Positions 46,606-55,293 of a stretch of DNA of 64,000 nt are shown here, piece after piece. Numbering within the stretch: position 1 is the first letter of the stretch; the number at the start of each line of letters is the position of its first letter. A model generated the notes under the pieces. The model was not told the DNA's origin and ran no database searches. It worked only from the letters and a program-made list of their open reading frames with translations. The stretch comes from a virus, in IMG/VR virus record IMGVR_UViG_3300027864_001020, positions 13,642 through 77,641 of that record. The stretch is one strand, 5' to 3'. Made by a program: the position numbers and the translations under genes.

Positions 46606-48242
46606 AGTGCCTCCTTGATTCTGGTTAAAACAAATATTACGCATGGAAGAGCAAGGCTATTGCCTAACGCTTTATATCTTGCGCTGTCTGATATTTGTTT
46701 GTTGTTATAGCCGTATTCAGTCCAATAGTCCGGGAAACCCTGTAAGCGTTCACATTCAAGCGGTGTCAATCGGCGGACTGCGTAACCATGACGAACTAAA
46801 TCTGAAGCATCTTTTTTGCCGTTACTTTTTAATGTTGAGCCGATTTCCGCCTCTTTATATTCACTATATTTTTGAAATGTGAAAACAGGGTTTATGTAAT
46901 TCAGGCTTTGACCGCCATTTTCTTTTGCTTGTAATGTTGCGCTTAATTCAATATTTAACGCATTGTTTCTACAGTCATAAGCGATAACAGCCTCTTCATT
47001 ATCTGTCATTATCAATGGCGCATTTCTACCGGTTGCATTGCTGTTTGTGTTTAGTGTATTTACAACTTCGCCAACCCTTACTTCGCCGCATTGATTTTGA
47101 TGAACAGAAACAGGCAAGCAGTATAAGCCTGTCTTCGCTCCGGCTCCGCCGCCTTCGGCTTGCAATGTAACGGCTTTATCGGCGTTCATTTGTATTCGAT
47201 CCGCTACACGCCCGAAATCTACTGTATATTGTTCAGAACAGACTAATGGCAAATTACCATGCGCCTCACTTCGCAAGTATGGCGCAATATCTTTGCTCTC
47301 TACGTTGATTCGCTCTCCGCCTTGATCGTCAACAATTATCAATCCGACATTATCACCGTCCGATCTTCCGCCTCTTAATGTTTGCGCTACATCACCTGTA
47401 ATATTTTGATTATATCCGTCAACACCGATAACAGCGTTAGGCGGCATATTCGCCTGTATGCAAGGCGCTCGATCTTCAGCATATTCTATTGTTCCACTTG
47501 CGCTTCTGAATCCGTTAAAACCTGCTGCTTTAACGCATTTTCCAGAATCTTCGGCAACTCCTTCCCTCGGCTCTTCGCTCTCCGTAATATTCCCAAACAC
47601 GCCGTCCGGCTTAAAAAGAATTTCGGCGGCACATTCGCTTGCAAAATCTGCGATAAGAAAGATTCTACGGCGGCGTTGGGGGACTCCCCAGTATTGGGCA
47701 TCCAAGACACGCCATGCAAGCGACCAACCGTCTCCCACAATGGTTCCAGCATATTCCCAAAAAGTGTCTTTGTTTGTGTCTCTTGCCGGAGGTCTAGGTA
47801 TTGAAATATGCCCCCCCCCATTGACCTTTGCGATTTCTTCAATGACGATTCTAAAATCTTCTCCCTTGTTTGAGGAAAATGCTCCGTGTACGTTTTCCCA
47901 TACTGCGAATCTAGGCTTAACTCCATTTGTTGCATAACGCATCTCCTTAATTATTCTTACGGCTTCCATAAACAGACCCGAACGCTCGCCGCTTAATCCT
48001 TCTCTGTTACCTGCAATAGATAAATCCTGACAGGGCGATCCAAAAGTAATTACATCAACAGGCTCTAATTTTTCGCCGCTTAATATTTTAATGTCCCCAA
48101 AATGTTTCATATTCGGGAAGTGTTTTTTTGTAATGCTTATTGGAGCGGCTTCGATCTCGCTTGCCCATAAGGGAGTGATACCGATTTTCTCTGCGGCAAG
48201 TGGGAATCCGCCGATACCGTCAAACAGACTGCCTAATGTCAT
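46593..48242 (-). CDS. C5-cytosine methyltransferase with long variable region
   Basis: SLFDGIGG (I), GSPCQD (IV), ENV (VI), QRRRRIF (VIII), RRLTPLECERLQGFP (IX), RYKALGNS (X). Confidence 0.92.
   Translation of the reverse strand: MTLGSLFDGIGGFPLAAEKIGITPLWASEIEAAPISITKKHFPNMKHFGDIKILSGEKLEPVDVITFGSPCQDLSIAGNREGLSGERSGLFMEAVRIIKEMRYATNGVKPRFAVWENVHGAFSSNKGEDFRIVIEEIAKVNGGGHISIPRPPARDTNKDTFWEYAGTIVGDGWSLAWRVLDAQYWGVPQRRRRIFLIADFASECAAEILFKPDGVFGNITESEEPREGVAEDSGKCVKAAGFNGFRSASGTIEYAEDRAPCIQANMPPNAVIGVDGYNQNITGDVAQTLRGGRSDGDNVGLIIVDDQGGERINVESKDIAPYLRSEAHGNLPLVCSEQYTVDFGRVADRIQMNADKAVTLQAEGGGAGAKTGLYCLPVSVHQNQCGEVRVGEVVNTLNTNSNATGRNAPLIMTDNEEAVIAYDCRNNALNIELSATLQAKENGGQSLNYINPVFTFQKYSEYKEAEIGSTLKSNGKKDASDLVRHGYAVRRLTPLECERLQGFPDYWTEYGYNNKQISDSARYKALGNSLALPCVIFVLTRIKEALCRI
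47486..47935 (-). CDS. Nested out-of-frame ORF resembling the beta subunit of split C5 methyltransferases
   Basis: Own SD (AAGGAG 7 nt before ATG); WMPNTGESPNAAVESFLSQIL...KFFLS...ILRRAKSRGKELP resembles the M.EcoHK31I beta polypeptide as I recall it. Confidence 0.65.
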   Translation of the reverse strand: MQQMELSLDSQYGKTYTEHFPQTREKILESSLKKSQRSMGGGIFQYLDLRQETQTKTLFGNMLEPLWETVGRLHGVSWMPNTGESPNAAVESFLSQILQANVPPKFFLSRTACLGILRRAKSRGKELPKILENALKQQVLTDSEAQVEQ

Positions 48243-49372
48243 GTTGACACCTCATTGAATAAACCCATTTCATCAGAGATACGCTGTTCGGCGATTTTTA
48301 TATATTCAGGATTTAATTCGCATCCGATATATCGCCGAAAGTTTTTTACAGCGACTACCGCCGTTGTGCCGCTGCCAAGAAAAGGATCAAGTACAATTCC
48401 GTTTTCCGGGCATCCGCATAAAATACATGGCAAAATAAGTTTTTGCGGAAATACTGCAAAATGCTCTACTCCTAGTGATTCAGTAGGTACAGTCCACACA
48501 TCTCTTTTATTTCTGTACCCTGTTCCTGCTGTTTTTGAATTTATATTTTCCTCTTTTCTTTTTTGTATACTTGCGCTATGCCATGCGATTTTATCGTCAA
48601 CAATAGATTTACCGCGAAGCAAACCAATATCTTTATTTTCGATTGCTATTTCTCTAATCGCCGTATTATCAAAATAATAATTTTTAGATTTACTAAATAA
48701 AAATAAATACTCATGTGATTTTGTACATCTATCAGTTACACTCTCCGGCATCGGATTCGGTTTATGCCATATTATGTCTTGCCTTAAATAATAGCCGTCT
48801 TCACGCAATGCAAACGCTAACGCCCAGGGTATACCGATTAAATCTTTCGCTTTAATTCCTTTATAAGTTTTTCCCTGCGGTAAATTTGGTTTATTGATTG
48901 TTCCTAAACTCGTTCCCTGTTTACAACCTATAGTAGCATCAGGGTAATGTGCGCCGCCGTTACCGCTTCCGGCGTATGTGTCTCCGATATTTACCCAGAG
49001 AGTACCATCATCTCGTAGCACTCTTTTTACTTCTCTGAAAATGTCGACCAATTTTTGTATATATGCTTCGGGCGTTTCTTCTAACCCTATCTGGCTATCG
49101 TTACGAATTGCGCCGCATTTTCCGCAAATAGTTTTATAAAATGTTGCCGCCCCTATGGTTGACAAGCCCCCTTCCAATCCCCGGCGCGGGCGTTCATCCC
49201 TATTTGAATTATTAACATGATTACATTTAACATCGCCGCCTATCCATTGCGCGGTTTCATAATCACGAAGACCGAAATAAGGCGGAGACGTTACGCAACA
49301 ATGCACATAATTATCCGGCAGCATTTTTAGAGTATCTATATTGTTACCGGCTAATATGTGATCAACTATCAC
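48239..49372 (-). CDS. N4-cytosine/N6-adenine methyltransferase (beta class)
   Basis: VTSPPYF near the N-terminus, VLDPFLGSGTT near the C-terminus. Confidence 0.9.
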   Translation of the reverse strand: MIVDHILAGNNIDTLKMLPDNYVHCCVTSPPYFGLRDYETAQWIGGDVKCNHVNNSNRDERPRRGLEGGLSTIGAATFYKTICGKCGAIRNDSQIGLEETPEAYIQKLVDIFREVKRVLRDDGTLWVNIGDTYAGSGNGGAHYPDATIGCKQGTSLGTINKPNLPQGKTYKGIKAKDLIGIPWALAFALREDGYYLRQDIIWHKPNPMPESVTDRCTKSHEYLFLFSKSKNYYFDNTAIREIAIENKDIGLLRGKSIVDDKIAWHSASIQKRKEENINSKTAGTGYRNKRDVWTVPTESLGVEHFAVFPQKLILPCILCGCPENGIVLDPFLGSGTTAVVAVKNFRRYIGCELNPEYIKIAEQRISDEMGLFNEVST

Positions 49373-49388
49373 TGTTTTTTCTCCTTTG

Positions 49389-50219
49389 TCATGCTTTTAC
49401 AATCTCCTTATATCTCTTTGACATTGCCGCCGGTCTTTGATAAACCCACGCGAATTTTATCCAGTCTGGATCTCTATATCCTGTATTATCCCTGTACAGC
49501 ATGGCGTAAGGCATAAAACCAGCTTTCATTGTGTCAGTTATTCGAGATTCCGCTTTTTCAAATGTATCACCTTGATAGCCCATTAGCACATAACAGCGCA
49601 GATTTTGAGACCGGGTATTAAAACCATTTTCAAATAATAATTTTCCTGCTTCAAATAGCGGCTCTTTGTCATCGGCGGTATCGTATGCAAAAAACACTTC
49701 TTTCGGTTTTAACTTAAATAATTCTTCAACGTGCCATTTCTTTAAATTTTTTGCTTCAAGTCCGCCGGAAAATATAGGGCGTTTTTTTTGTCTTGCAAGC
49801 ATCGCAAAAACATTTTTAATATGAATGTCAGAGCATGATAATAAATTATCATCTAAAACATTATAGCCGTCTGTTATCGGTAATTCACGCAAATCACCTT
49901 CGCGCTTCCACACGCTACAAAACCAACATTTATTCGGACAGCCTCTTGATGTTATGACATATCCTTTTTTAAGGTACATTCCCGGAATAAAATCTTCGCC
50001 TCGCTGATTTAATGCGGGACCGCCGATCTCTGTTGGCGCAATTTGATTCCACTCTTTATATAATCGCTCTGCTTCTTGAATATCCCAAGTGAATGTTACA
50101 GATATATGAACTTTATCTACTTCTATTTTTTGAGAAAATAAATCAGGGCTTCCGATAAAAGCTAGAGCATCAATAGGAGTAGCGTTATTACGTCTTGGGA
50201 ATACTCTTGCTATTTTCAA
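49389..50219 (-). CDS. Radical SAM protein
   Basis: SRGCPNKCWFC CxxxCxxC motif; DDN. Confidence 0.82.
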   Translation of the reverse strand: MKIARVFPRRNNATPIDALAFIGSPDLFSQKIEVDKVHISVTFTWDIQEAERLYKEWNQIAPTEIGGPALNQRGEDFIPGMYLKKGYVITSRGCPNKCWFCSVWKREGDLRELPITDGYNVLDDNLLSCSDIHIKNVFAMLARQKKRPIFSGGLEAKNLKKWHVEELFKLKPKEVFFAYDTADDKEPLFEAGKLLFENGFNTRSQNLRCYVLMGYQGDTFEKAESRITDTMKAGFMPYAMLYRDNTGYRDPDWIKFAWVYQRPAAMSKRYKEIVKA

Positions 50220-50596
50220 TTTGCGACCGCCTTCTTTTTTCTTTTAGATGTTTTTTTGTTAAAAAGAAAATTGCTGTCTCTTTGTTTTTTCAATTGATTA
50301 TTTTGCTTTGCTGTTACCATTATCAAATTGTCAAGAGCGTTATTTATCCTGTCTCCGTCTTTGTGATCAATTTGCATTTTAGGAAATATCACGCCGTAAA
50401 AAGCGGAATAAATAAACCTTGAAACAAACCAATGAATCCGCTTGCCGTCATCTCTTGTTAATTTGACTTTCATGTAGCCGCCGTTTTGATGTCCATCCGA
50501 GTGTTGATGCATATACTCACCGGTTTTTACATTGAGAATCATGCCGTTTTCTAAAGCTTTGTATCTTGTATAATCTTTAAGTACCGCTTCTCTCAT
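50216..50596 (-). CDS. NUMOD4-HNH endonuclease
   Basis: GYMKVKL...VSRF...QIDHKDGDRINNALDNL. Confidence 0.8.
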   Translation of the reverse strand: MREAVLKDYTRYKALENGMILNVKTGEYMHQHSDGHQNGGYMKVKLTRDDGKRIHWFVSRFIYSAFYGVIFPKMQIDHKDGDRINNALDNLIMVTAKQNNQLKKQRDSNFLFNKKTSKRKKKAVAN

Positions 50597-50605
50597 AATT
50601 ACTCC

Positions 50606-50785
50606 TTATAAAGTACAATCGCATTGACTGATAGCTTCGCCGCAAACTAGACAGCGTGGCTCGCCTCTCATATAATCCCAATTCTTGTCTTCTTCATAAT
50701 CATCTTCTTCATCTTCTTCAGTACACACTTGCCTCATTCCATTACAACCATTACATTCATTTAACAAATCAATTTCACATCTCAT
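50606..50785 (-). CDS. Cys-rich acidic microprotein (not in ORF track)
   Basis: 59 aa MRCEIDLLNECNGC...EEDEEDDYEED...CLVCGEAISQCDCTL; ATG overlaps the upstream stop. Confidence 0.5.
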   Translation of the reverse strand: MRCEIDLLNECNGCNGMRQVCTEEDEEDDYEEDKNWDYMRGEPRCLVCGEAISQCDCTL

Positions 50786-51636
50786 AATTCTTTCTCCTTA
50801 TCCCACGGAAATTCCTGTATCAACGGCTCATCCCATATCTTTGGTTGTACCAAAATCATCTCACCTGTTTTCTTATCTTTTCGCCACACTTCTTTGGCGA
50901 GATTATTTTTCATAAACACCGGCACGTTCTTTTCACGGCAGTAATTGACGATGTTTTCAATCCATTCTTTTTTAGGGATTATTTTGTCTTTGCGGTTGCC
51001 TGTTTCCGCACCGATGATAATCCAGTCAACGGCAAATCCATATTTTACAGTTTTTTCAAAATCGCTTTGTATTGGTTCTATACTTAAAAACGTGTTATGG
51101 TTTTTAGAATAAAAATACATTGATTCTGCATTTATAACTGTAGTACCAAACCAAAAATTATCTGGTACTTTATATTTAGATAAAATGTCGTTATATCTCT
51201 GTGGATTCTTAGTTAAAAACAAATATCTGTGCTGCGGAGCTTTACTACAAGCCTCAAACACCTTTTCAATCCATTCGTCAGGAACCCACGCGCCGAACAG
51301 ATCCGCCATAGAACATACGAATATATTCTGCGGCTTTTTTATCTGCGAAGGTTCATTGAGGCGGTATGCGTGGAAGGTAGGATCAAATACATAAGGGTAA
51401 GGCGCATCTACATTATGAACAGGTTTATATCTATTCTTCCCTGTAGTATGCCGTATCATCGGTTCATATATTTCATGGATATTTCCGTTACCGCCAAAAC
51501 TGCGCAGTTTTTCGTCTGACCAATGACCTCCGAATCTTCGTGCTATATCCTTTGCGTAACAATAAGGGCACTTATAAAAACACCCAGTGACAGGATTCCA
51601 TGATCTATCACACCAATCAATTTTAGTCGGATTCAT
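50782..51636 (-). CDS. DUF5131 (Gp37Gp68-like) radical-SAM-type protein
   Basis: IDWCDRSWNPVTGCFYKCPYCYA, FVCSMADLFG, LTKNP, SIEP, WIIIGAETG. Confidence 0.85.
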   Translation of the reverse strand: MNPTKIDWCDRSWNPVTGCFYKCPYCYAKDIARRFGGHWSDEKLRSFGGNGNIHEIYEPMIRHTTGKNRYKPVHNVDAPYPYVFDPTFHAYRLNEPSQIKKPQNIFVCSMADLFGAWVPDEWIEKVFEACSKAPQHRYLFLTKNPQRYNDILSKYKVPDNFWFGTTVINAESMYFYSKNHNTFLSIEPIQSDFEKTVKYGFAVDWIIIGAETGNRKDKIIPKKEWIENIVNYCREKNVPVFMKNNLAKEVWRKDKKTGEMILVQPKIWDEPLIQEFPWDKEKEL

Positions 51637-52104
51637 TTATTTTCCGTCCTTATCATAACCAAGTTGTAATCTTGGCATTTTTCCTGTAGCGGACATATCT
51701 TTTAATTTTGGCAATATATGATCGCTTAAACTTTTACCGTCCGGCATAATTACAAACGCCATAAATTCTTTTTCGATTGTGCTTATACCGCACTCGATGG
51801 CTTCCAATTTCGCTTTTATCGCCAACAGTAACGCCCTCCATCTTTGGCGGATCGCTTGCACATGGGCTTCGTTGGCAGCGGATTTTTTTCTTGATCTTCC
51901 GGCGCTTGTTTTAATAAAATCATTGACATCGGGAAGTTCTACGGTGAGTTGGATCATAAGATTATTGATCTCAAACATTACATGAGCTTTACCGTCCTCC
52001 TCCATAACGCCGAATTTTCTTGCGCCGTATTTCCGCAATGTTTCTCTTATATCGCTTTGTGTTTTCTCCGGCGATACTGTTGTATTACTCGCATACTGTC
52101 CCAT
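51637..52104 (-). CDS. Conserved hypothetical phage protein
   Basis: YASNTTVSPEKT...RQRWRALLLAIKAKLEAIECGISTIEKEFMA. Confidence 0.65.
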   Translation of the reverse strand: MGQYASNTTVSPEKTQSDIRETLRKYGARKFGVMEEDGKAHVMFEINNLMIQLTVELPDVNDFIKTSAGRSRKKSAANEAHVQAIRQRWRALLLAIKAKLEAIECGISTIEKEFMAFVIMPDGKSLSDHILPKLKDMSATGKMPRLQLGYDKDGK

Positions 52105-52547
52105 TATCTAATCCCCCTTATCATAGGATTTATATATCGAACGCCCTCTAATTCGTGCCATCGGCGTATTACTCTTGCTCCGTAACCTGCTGACGATTCA
52201 GGCGGTCCCTTTGCGCTGATAAATCTTGCATATCCGCAGTTGTAAGCGACTGCAACCGCCCAGTATGTATTTAACGCCTCTTTCCGCATTAAGTTTTTTA
52301 TATGTTGGCAACCTGCCCGAATATTCGTCTCTGGATCTTGCCAATTTCCGTTATACCAAGAGGAATTTAATTGCATAATTCCGCGGTCAATCGTGCCGTC
52401 TTCGTTCACATATTGCGCTAACGGATCAAGTCTTGAATTTTCCTCTAAGGCAATGGCAAGCGCGAAGTTAGGCGGAATTCCTACTTCGGCGGCGATTGTT
52501 AGAATCAGTACAACAAAACAATCAAACATTTTCCCTCCCAGTTTCAT
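52104..52547 (-). CDS. Lytic transglycosylase (SLT domain)
   Basis: AIALEEN catalytic Glu, DRGIMQLN, NIRAG, AVAYNCG. Confidence 0.8.
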   Translation of the reverse strand: MKLGGKMFDCFVVLILTIAAEVGIPPNFALAIALEENSRLDPLAQYVNEDGTIDRGIMQLNSSWYNGNWQDPETNIRAGCQHIKNLMRKEALNTYWAVAVAYNCGYARFISAKGPPESSAGYGARVIRRWHELEGVRYINPMIRGIR

Positions 52548-52670
52548 TTGTCAGTTTCCTTCCTGTTTACAATTTTTGTTTCCTTGCAATCGGCACAATG
52601 AAATGTCCGAACCATACTACCGGTTGACATTAATCTCATGGGCTTTTTGCATTTCGGACAATCAGGCTTT

Positions 52671-53012
52671 TTAATTTTTTCGTTCATAATTTATCTCCTC
52701 TGGTACATAATCATCTGGTGGTGGTTCGGGTGAGGCGGCGCAGAGAGCAAAGTAATCACATTTTTTCCCATCTAAGAAATCTAAAGCATAAGCCTTCCAC
52801 TTTTTGTCAAAAAACCTATACTTAAACCACACCGCGCCGTTCCATTTCTTGCCTGTGCGCTTTTCATATTGCGCCAGAGTTTCAAAGTCAGGGAGTTCGA
52901 TTAGTATTTCACCACATTCTTCTCCGTTATCCTCTAACATCGTGCAATAGCCGGTTGTTAGCTTTTCACCGACCACATATTCACTTTTACATTCAGGACA
53001 CCAATGTTTCAT
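52671..53012 (-). CDS. Zn-ribbon protein, paralog of 39886-40242
   Basis: Shared LPDFE..QYEKRTGKKWNGAVW and CAASPEPPPDDYVPEE. Confidence 0.65.
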   Translation of the reverse strand: MKHWCPECKSEYVVGEKLTTGYCTMLEDNGEECGEILIELPDFETLAQYEKRTGKKWNGAVWFKYRFFDKKWKAYALDFLDGKKCDYFALCAASPEPPPDDYVPEEINYERKN

Positions 53013-53217
53013 TTATTACTCCTTTCTCCTCATTTGTTCCCGCCTCATATCTTCTATTTAATACAAAATAACCGTTACGCCCAAAATCACATTTACGACA
53101 CGTTGACCGGATACATTTTCCATTTTCACGGAAGGCGCATTTTTCGCAGTTTGGCATTGTTGGCGGATCGAGCGGATAATTTACAAACTCAACATCATAA
53201 ATAAATGTTACTTTCAT
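52993..53217 (-). CDS. Small Cys-rich protein
   Basis: CEKCAF...C...CRKC. Confidence 0.5.
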   Translation of the reverse strand: MKVTFIYDVEFVNYPLDPPTMPNCEKCAFRENGKCIRSTCRKCDFGRNGYFVLNRRYEAGTNEEKGVINETLVS

Positions 53218-53232
53218 TATTTTTCATCCTTT

Positions 53233-54033
53233 CTATGTATGTAACAAAGCTCTTGCCAATTTATTAGCTCTTTTAAACTTCCCTCTTAAATGAGGATAAA
53301 CTCTCAAAAAATAATCGTCTCCCTTTTCATGGATTGTCGTGTGTTCATCATGCGTAAGTGATAGCCAATTCCATGCTTTGTCTTCCGCTGCTTTATTGCT
53401 CCCTCTTGTAACGATATGATGCAAAACGATAGCACCGCCTCTTCCGCTTGATTCTGATACTGTATGTTTCTTCCGCCATTGAGCTTCTGTTAATAATTGT
53501 GTACATTCAATATCCGAATAATCAGAAGGGTCAATTTCTAATTCACCTCGCCATTCGTGATAGCCTTGTAACGCATCTATGACAGTGGATTGCTGTTCTG
53601 TTGTAAGTTCGCAGTATTGCGCTAAATGAGAAATCAAATTGTCAATAAAATATGCGGCTTCGGCGGAATTTGCTTCGGAAATATGAACGGGACGCAATTT
53701 CCCGGTAATCTTAGATGGTTTTTTTACAGCGTATTCATCAAGCAGGTCAAGATAAAGCGCATATTTTTCATCTTCGTCCGGCAATCTTCCTTCCAATGAT
53801 TCATGAATCGCAGTAACTAAAACCCATACACTGGAATTCTGTTTGACTGTTCTTTTCTGATAACGCAATTCCATTGTTGTTTGCAAGAAATATTCTTTTT
53901 TATTTCTTTCTTGCCATTCTGTTTTTTTTCTAAAAAGTTCTTCAATAAGATTCTTCCCGCTCTCGTTTACCGCTTTAAGATAGACGTGTCCTTCGTGGTA
54001 TGTTGCGTGAACAGAAAGATTTATTTTTTTCAT
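53233..54033 (-). CDS. NinB/HNHc-type recombination-associated protein
   Basis: KRTVKQNS (NinB-like) and HHIVTRG...LSLTHDEHTTIH; directly after recT. Confidence 0.65.
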   Translation of the reverse strand: MKKINLSVHATYHEGHVYLKAVNESGKNLIEELFRKKTEWQERNKKEYFLQTTMELRYQKRTVKQNSSVWVLVTAIHESLEGRLPDEDEKYALYLDLLDEYAVKKPSKITGKLRPVHISEANSAEAAYFIDNLISHLAQYCELTTEQQSTVIDALQGYHEWRGELEIDPSDYSDIECTQLLTEAQWRKKHTVSESSGRGGAIVLHHIVTRGSNKAAEDKAWNWLSLTHDEHTTIHEKGDDYFLRVYPHLRGKFKRANKLARALLHT

Positions 54034-55064
54034 GCTTTTTCTCTTTCAAACAAGTCTTCAAGCCTCGCCGCTTCGTCATCTTGAAAAGCCGGATTTTTTT
54101 CGGTAGTGGCTGCCGGTTTGCTTGCCGGTTTTTCGGGAGTTGGTTCTTTGCTTTCGGTTTTTGTTTCCGCTTCTTGCTCAACTGTTTCTTCAAAATCTTC
54201 AGCATCGGAAATATTATCATCAGCGTTGTAAGAAACAGCGTCAACATATTGCACGTTTTCATAGTCAATAGGCTTACTGAAATCTCTTATAACGGCTTGA
54301 TCTGCCATATTAGCAGTTTGCATTGTTACAGATAAAATTCCCCATTTTGAAATAAGATTTTTTAACGGTGTTTTCGCATACATCGAGTGCGGATCTTTCT
54401 GCCACAAGCTATTAGGATTCTTGAATGATTTTGAGAACCTTTTACCATGCGCTTGCAACCTGCTCATTGACCAATATTCGATTCGCTCAAACCCATTTAA
54501 CAGGCGGAAATATGCGGCATATCCAATTATTTTGTCGAGATTTTCCCGCTCTCTATATCCGTTTGCTACAGGGTGTATTTTAACCTCACCGGTTATAATG
54601 TCGTATGATTCAAATTCGTCTTCATAAACCGGCGTAACATTTATTGTTTTATATTGCCCTGTACGTAGCGCAAGCTGAATAAAACCCTTATACATGATCT
54701 GGAATTGAGCAAGAGATACCCATGTTTCTTCTGTTACCTCTTTGCCGTCTTTCATAACCTTCTTTTTAATTTTAGTATTGTAAGGAACTATCGCAGCAAA
54801 ACCTAAATTTGAATCAATAGGCAGATCAAGGGTTGCCGCTACCATTGCCGATGACAATATTGATTTTTGATCGCATTTAGACAATTCAGGGTTTTTCTGC
54901 GTAGCGTTTAACACTGACGCAAGGAAGGAAGGGGCTTTTTCTCCCATAACTTCCATAAACCTGTTTTTAACATAATCAGAGTTGATTAAATCTTTTAAAC
55001 TCTGAACCGGCGAACGTTCTAAGGCTCCGCCTTTTTCGTTTTGATCACTTCCGTCTGTTTTCAT
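54030..55064 (-). CDS. recT: RecT-family single-strand annealing protein
   Basis: SAMVAATLDLPIDSNLGFAAIVPY...AQFQIMYKGFIQLALRTGQY...MYAKT. Confidence 0.92.
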   Translation of the reverse strand: MKTDGSDQNEKGGALERSPVQSLKDLINSDYVKNRFMEVMGEKAPSFLASVLNATQKNPELSKCDQKSILSSAMVAATLDLPIDSNLGFAAIVPYNTKIKKKVMKDGKEVTEETWVSLAQFQIMYKGFIQLALRTGQYKTINVTPVYEDEFESYDIITGEVKIHPVANGYRERENLDKIIGYAAYFRLLNGFERIEYWSMSRLQAHGKRFSKSFKNPNSLWQKDPHSMYAKTPLKNLISKWGILSVTMQTANMADQAVIRDFSKPIDYENVQYVDAVSYNADDNISDAEDFEETVEQEAETKTESKEPTPEKPASKPAATTEKNPAFQDDEAARLEDLFEREKA

Positions 55065-55083
55065 AATATCCTCCTAAAATAAT

Positions 55084-55173
55084 TTGCCTTGCCTTGCAAA
55101 ACAGCGCCAAACATGGCATCACTACGCATTGCTGCTCTTCGCAATACATTACAACGCAACGCAACGCGCCACA
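55084..55173 (-). repeat. Pentamer array 2: 18 x (NGY-NN)
   Basis: tgtgg cgcgt tgcgt tgcgt tgtaa tgtat tgcga agagc agcaa tgcgt agtga tgcca tgttt ggcgc tgttt tgcaa ggcaa ggcaa; 17/18 fit NGY. Confidence 0.9.
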
Positions 55174-55195
55174 TTGATTTTTTATCTTTATTCCC

Positions 55196-55290
55196 TTGCC
55201 TTGCTAAACTTCGCATCACAACGCCAGAACTCGCAATACCTAACAACGCTGTACACCGCTTTGCTCCACAGTACAATACACAACATTGCA
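55196..55290 (-). repeat. Pentamer array 1: 19 x (NGY-NN)
   Basis: tgcaa tgttg tgtat tgtac tgtgg agcaa agcgg tgtac agcgt tgtta ggtat tgcga gttct ggcgt tgtga tgcga agttt agcaa ggcaa; 18/19 fit NGY. Confidence 0.9.
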
Positions 55291-55293
55291 ACA

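Noticed and set aside
53975-54268. Alternative-frame ORF at the recT 3' end
   Set aside because: Lys/Gln-rich by-product of the acidic RecT tail; no SD
55084-55290. Pentamer arrays as a CRISPR array or microsatellite
   Set aside because: No 25-45 nt repeats with spacers; only three of five positions are constrained and the other two vary freely, unlike slippage repeats
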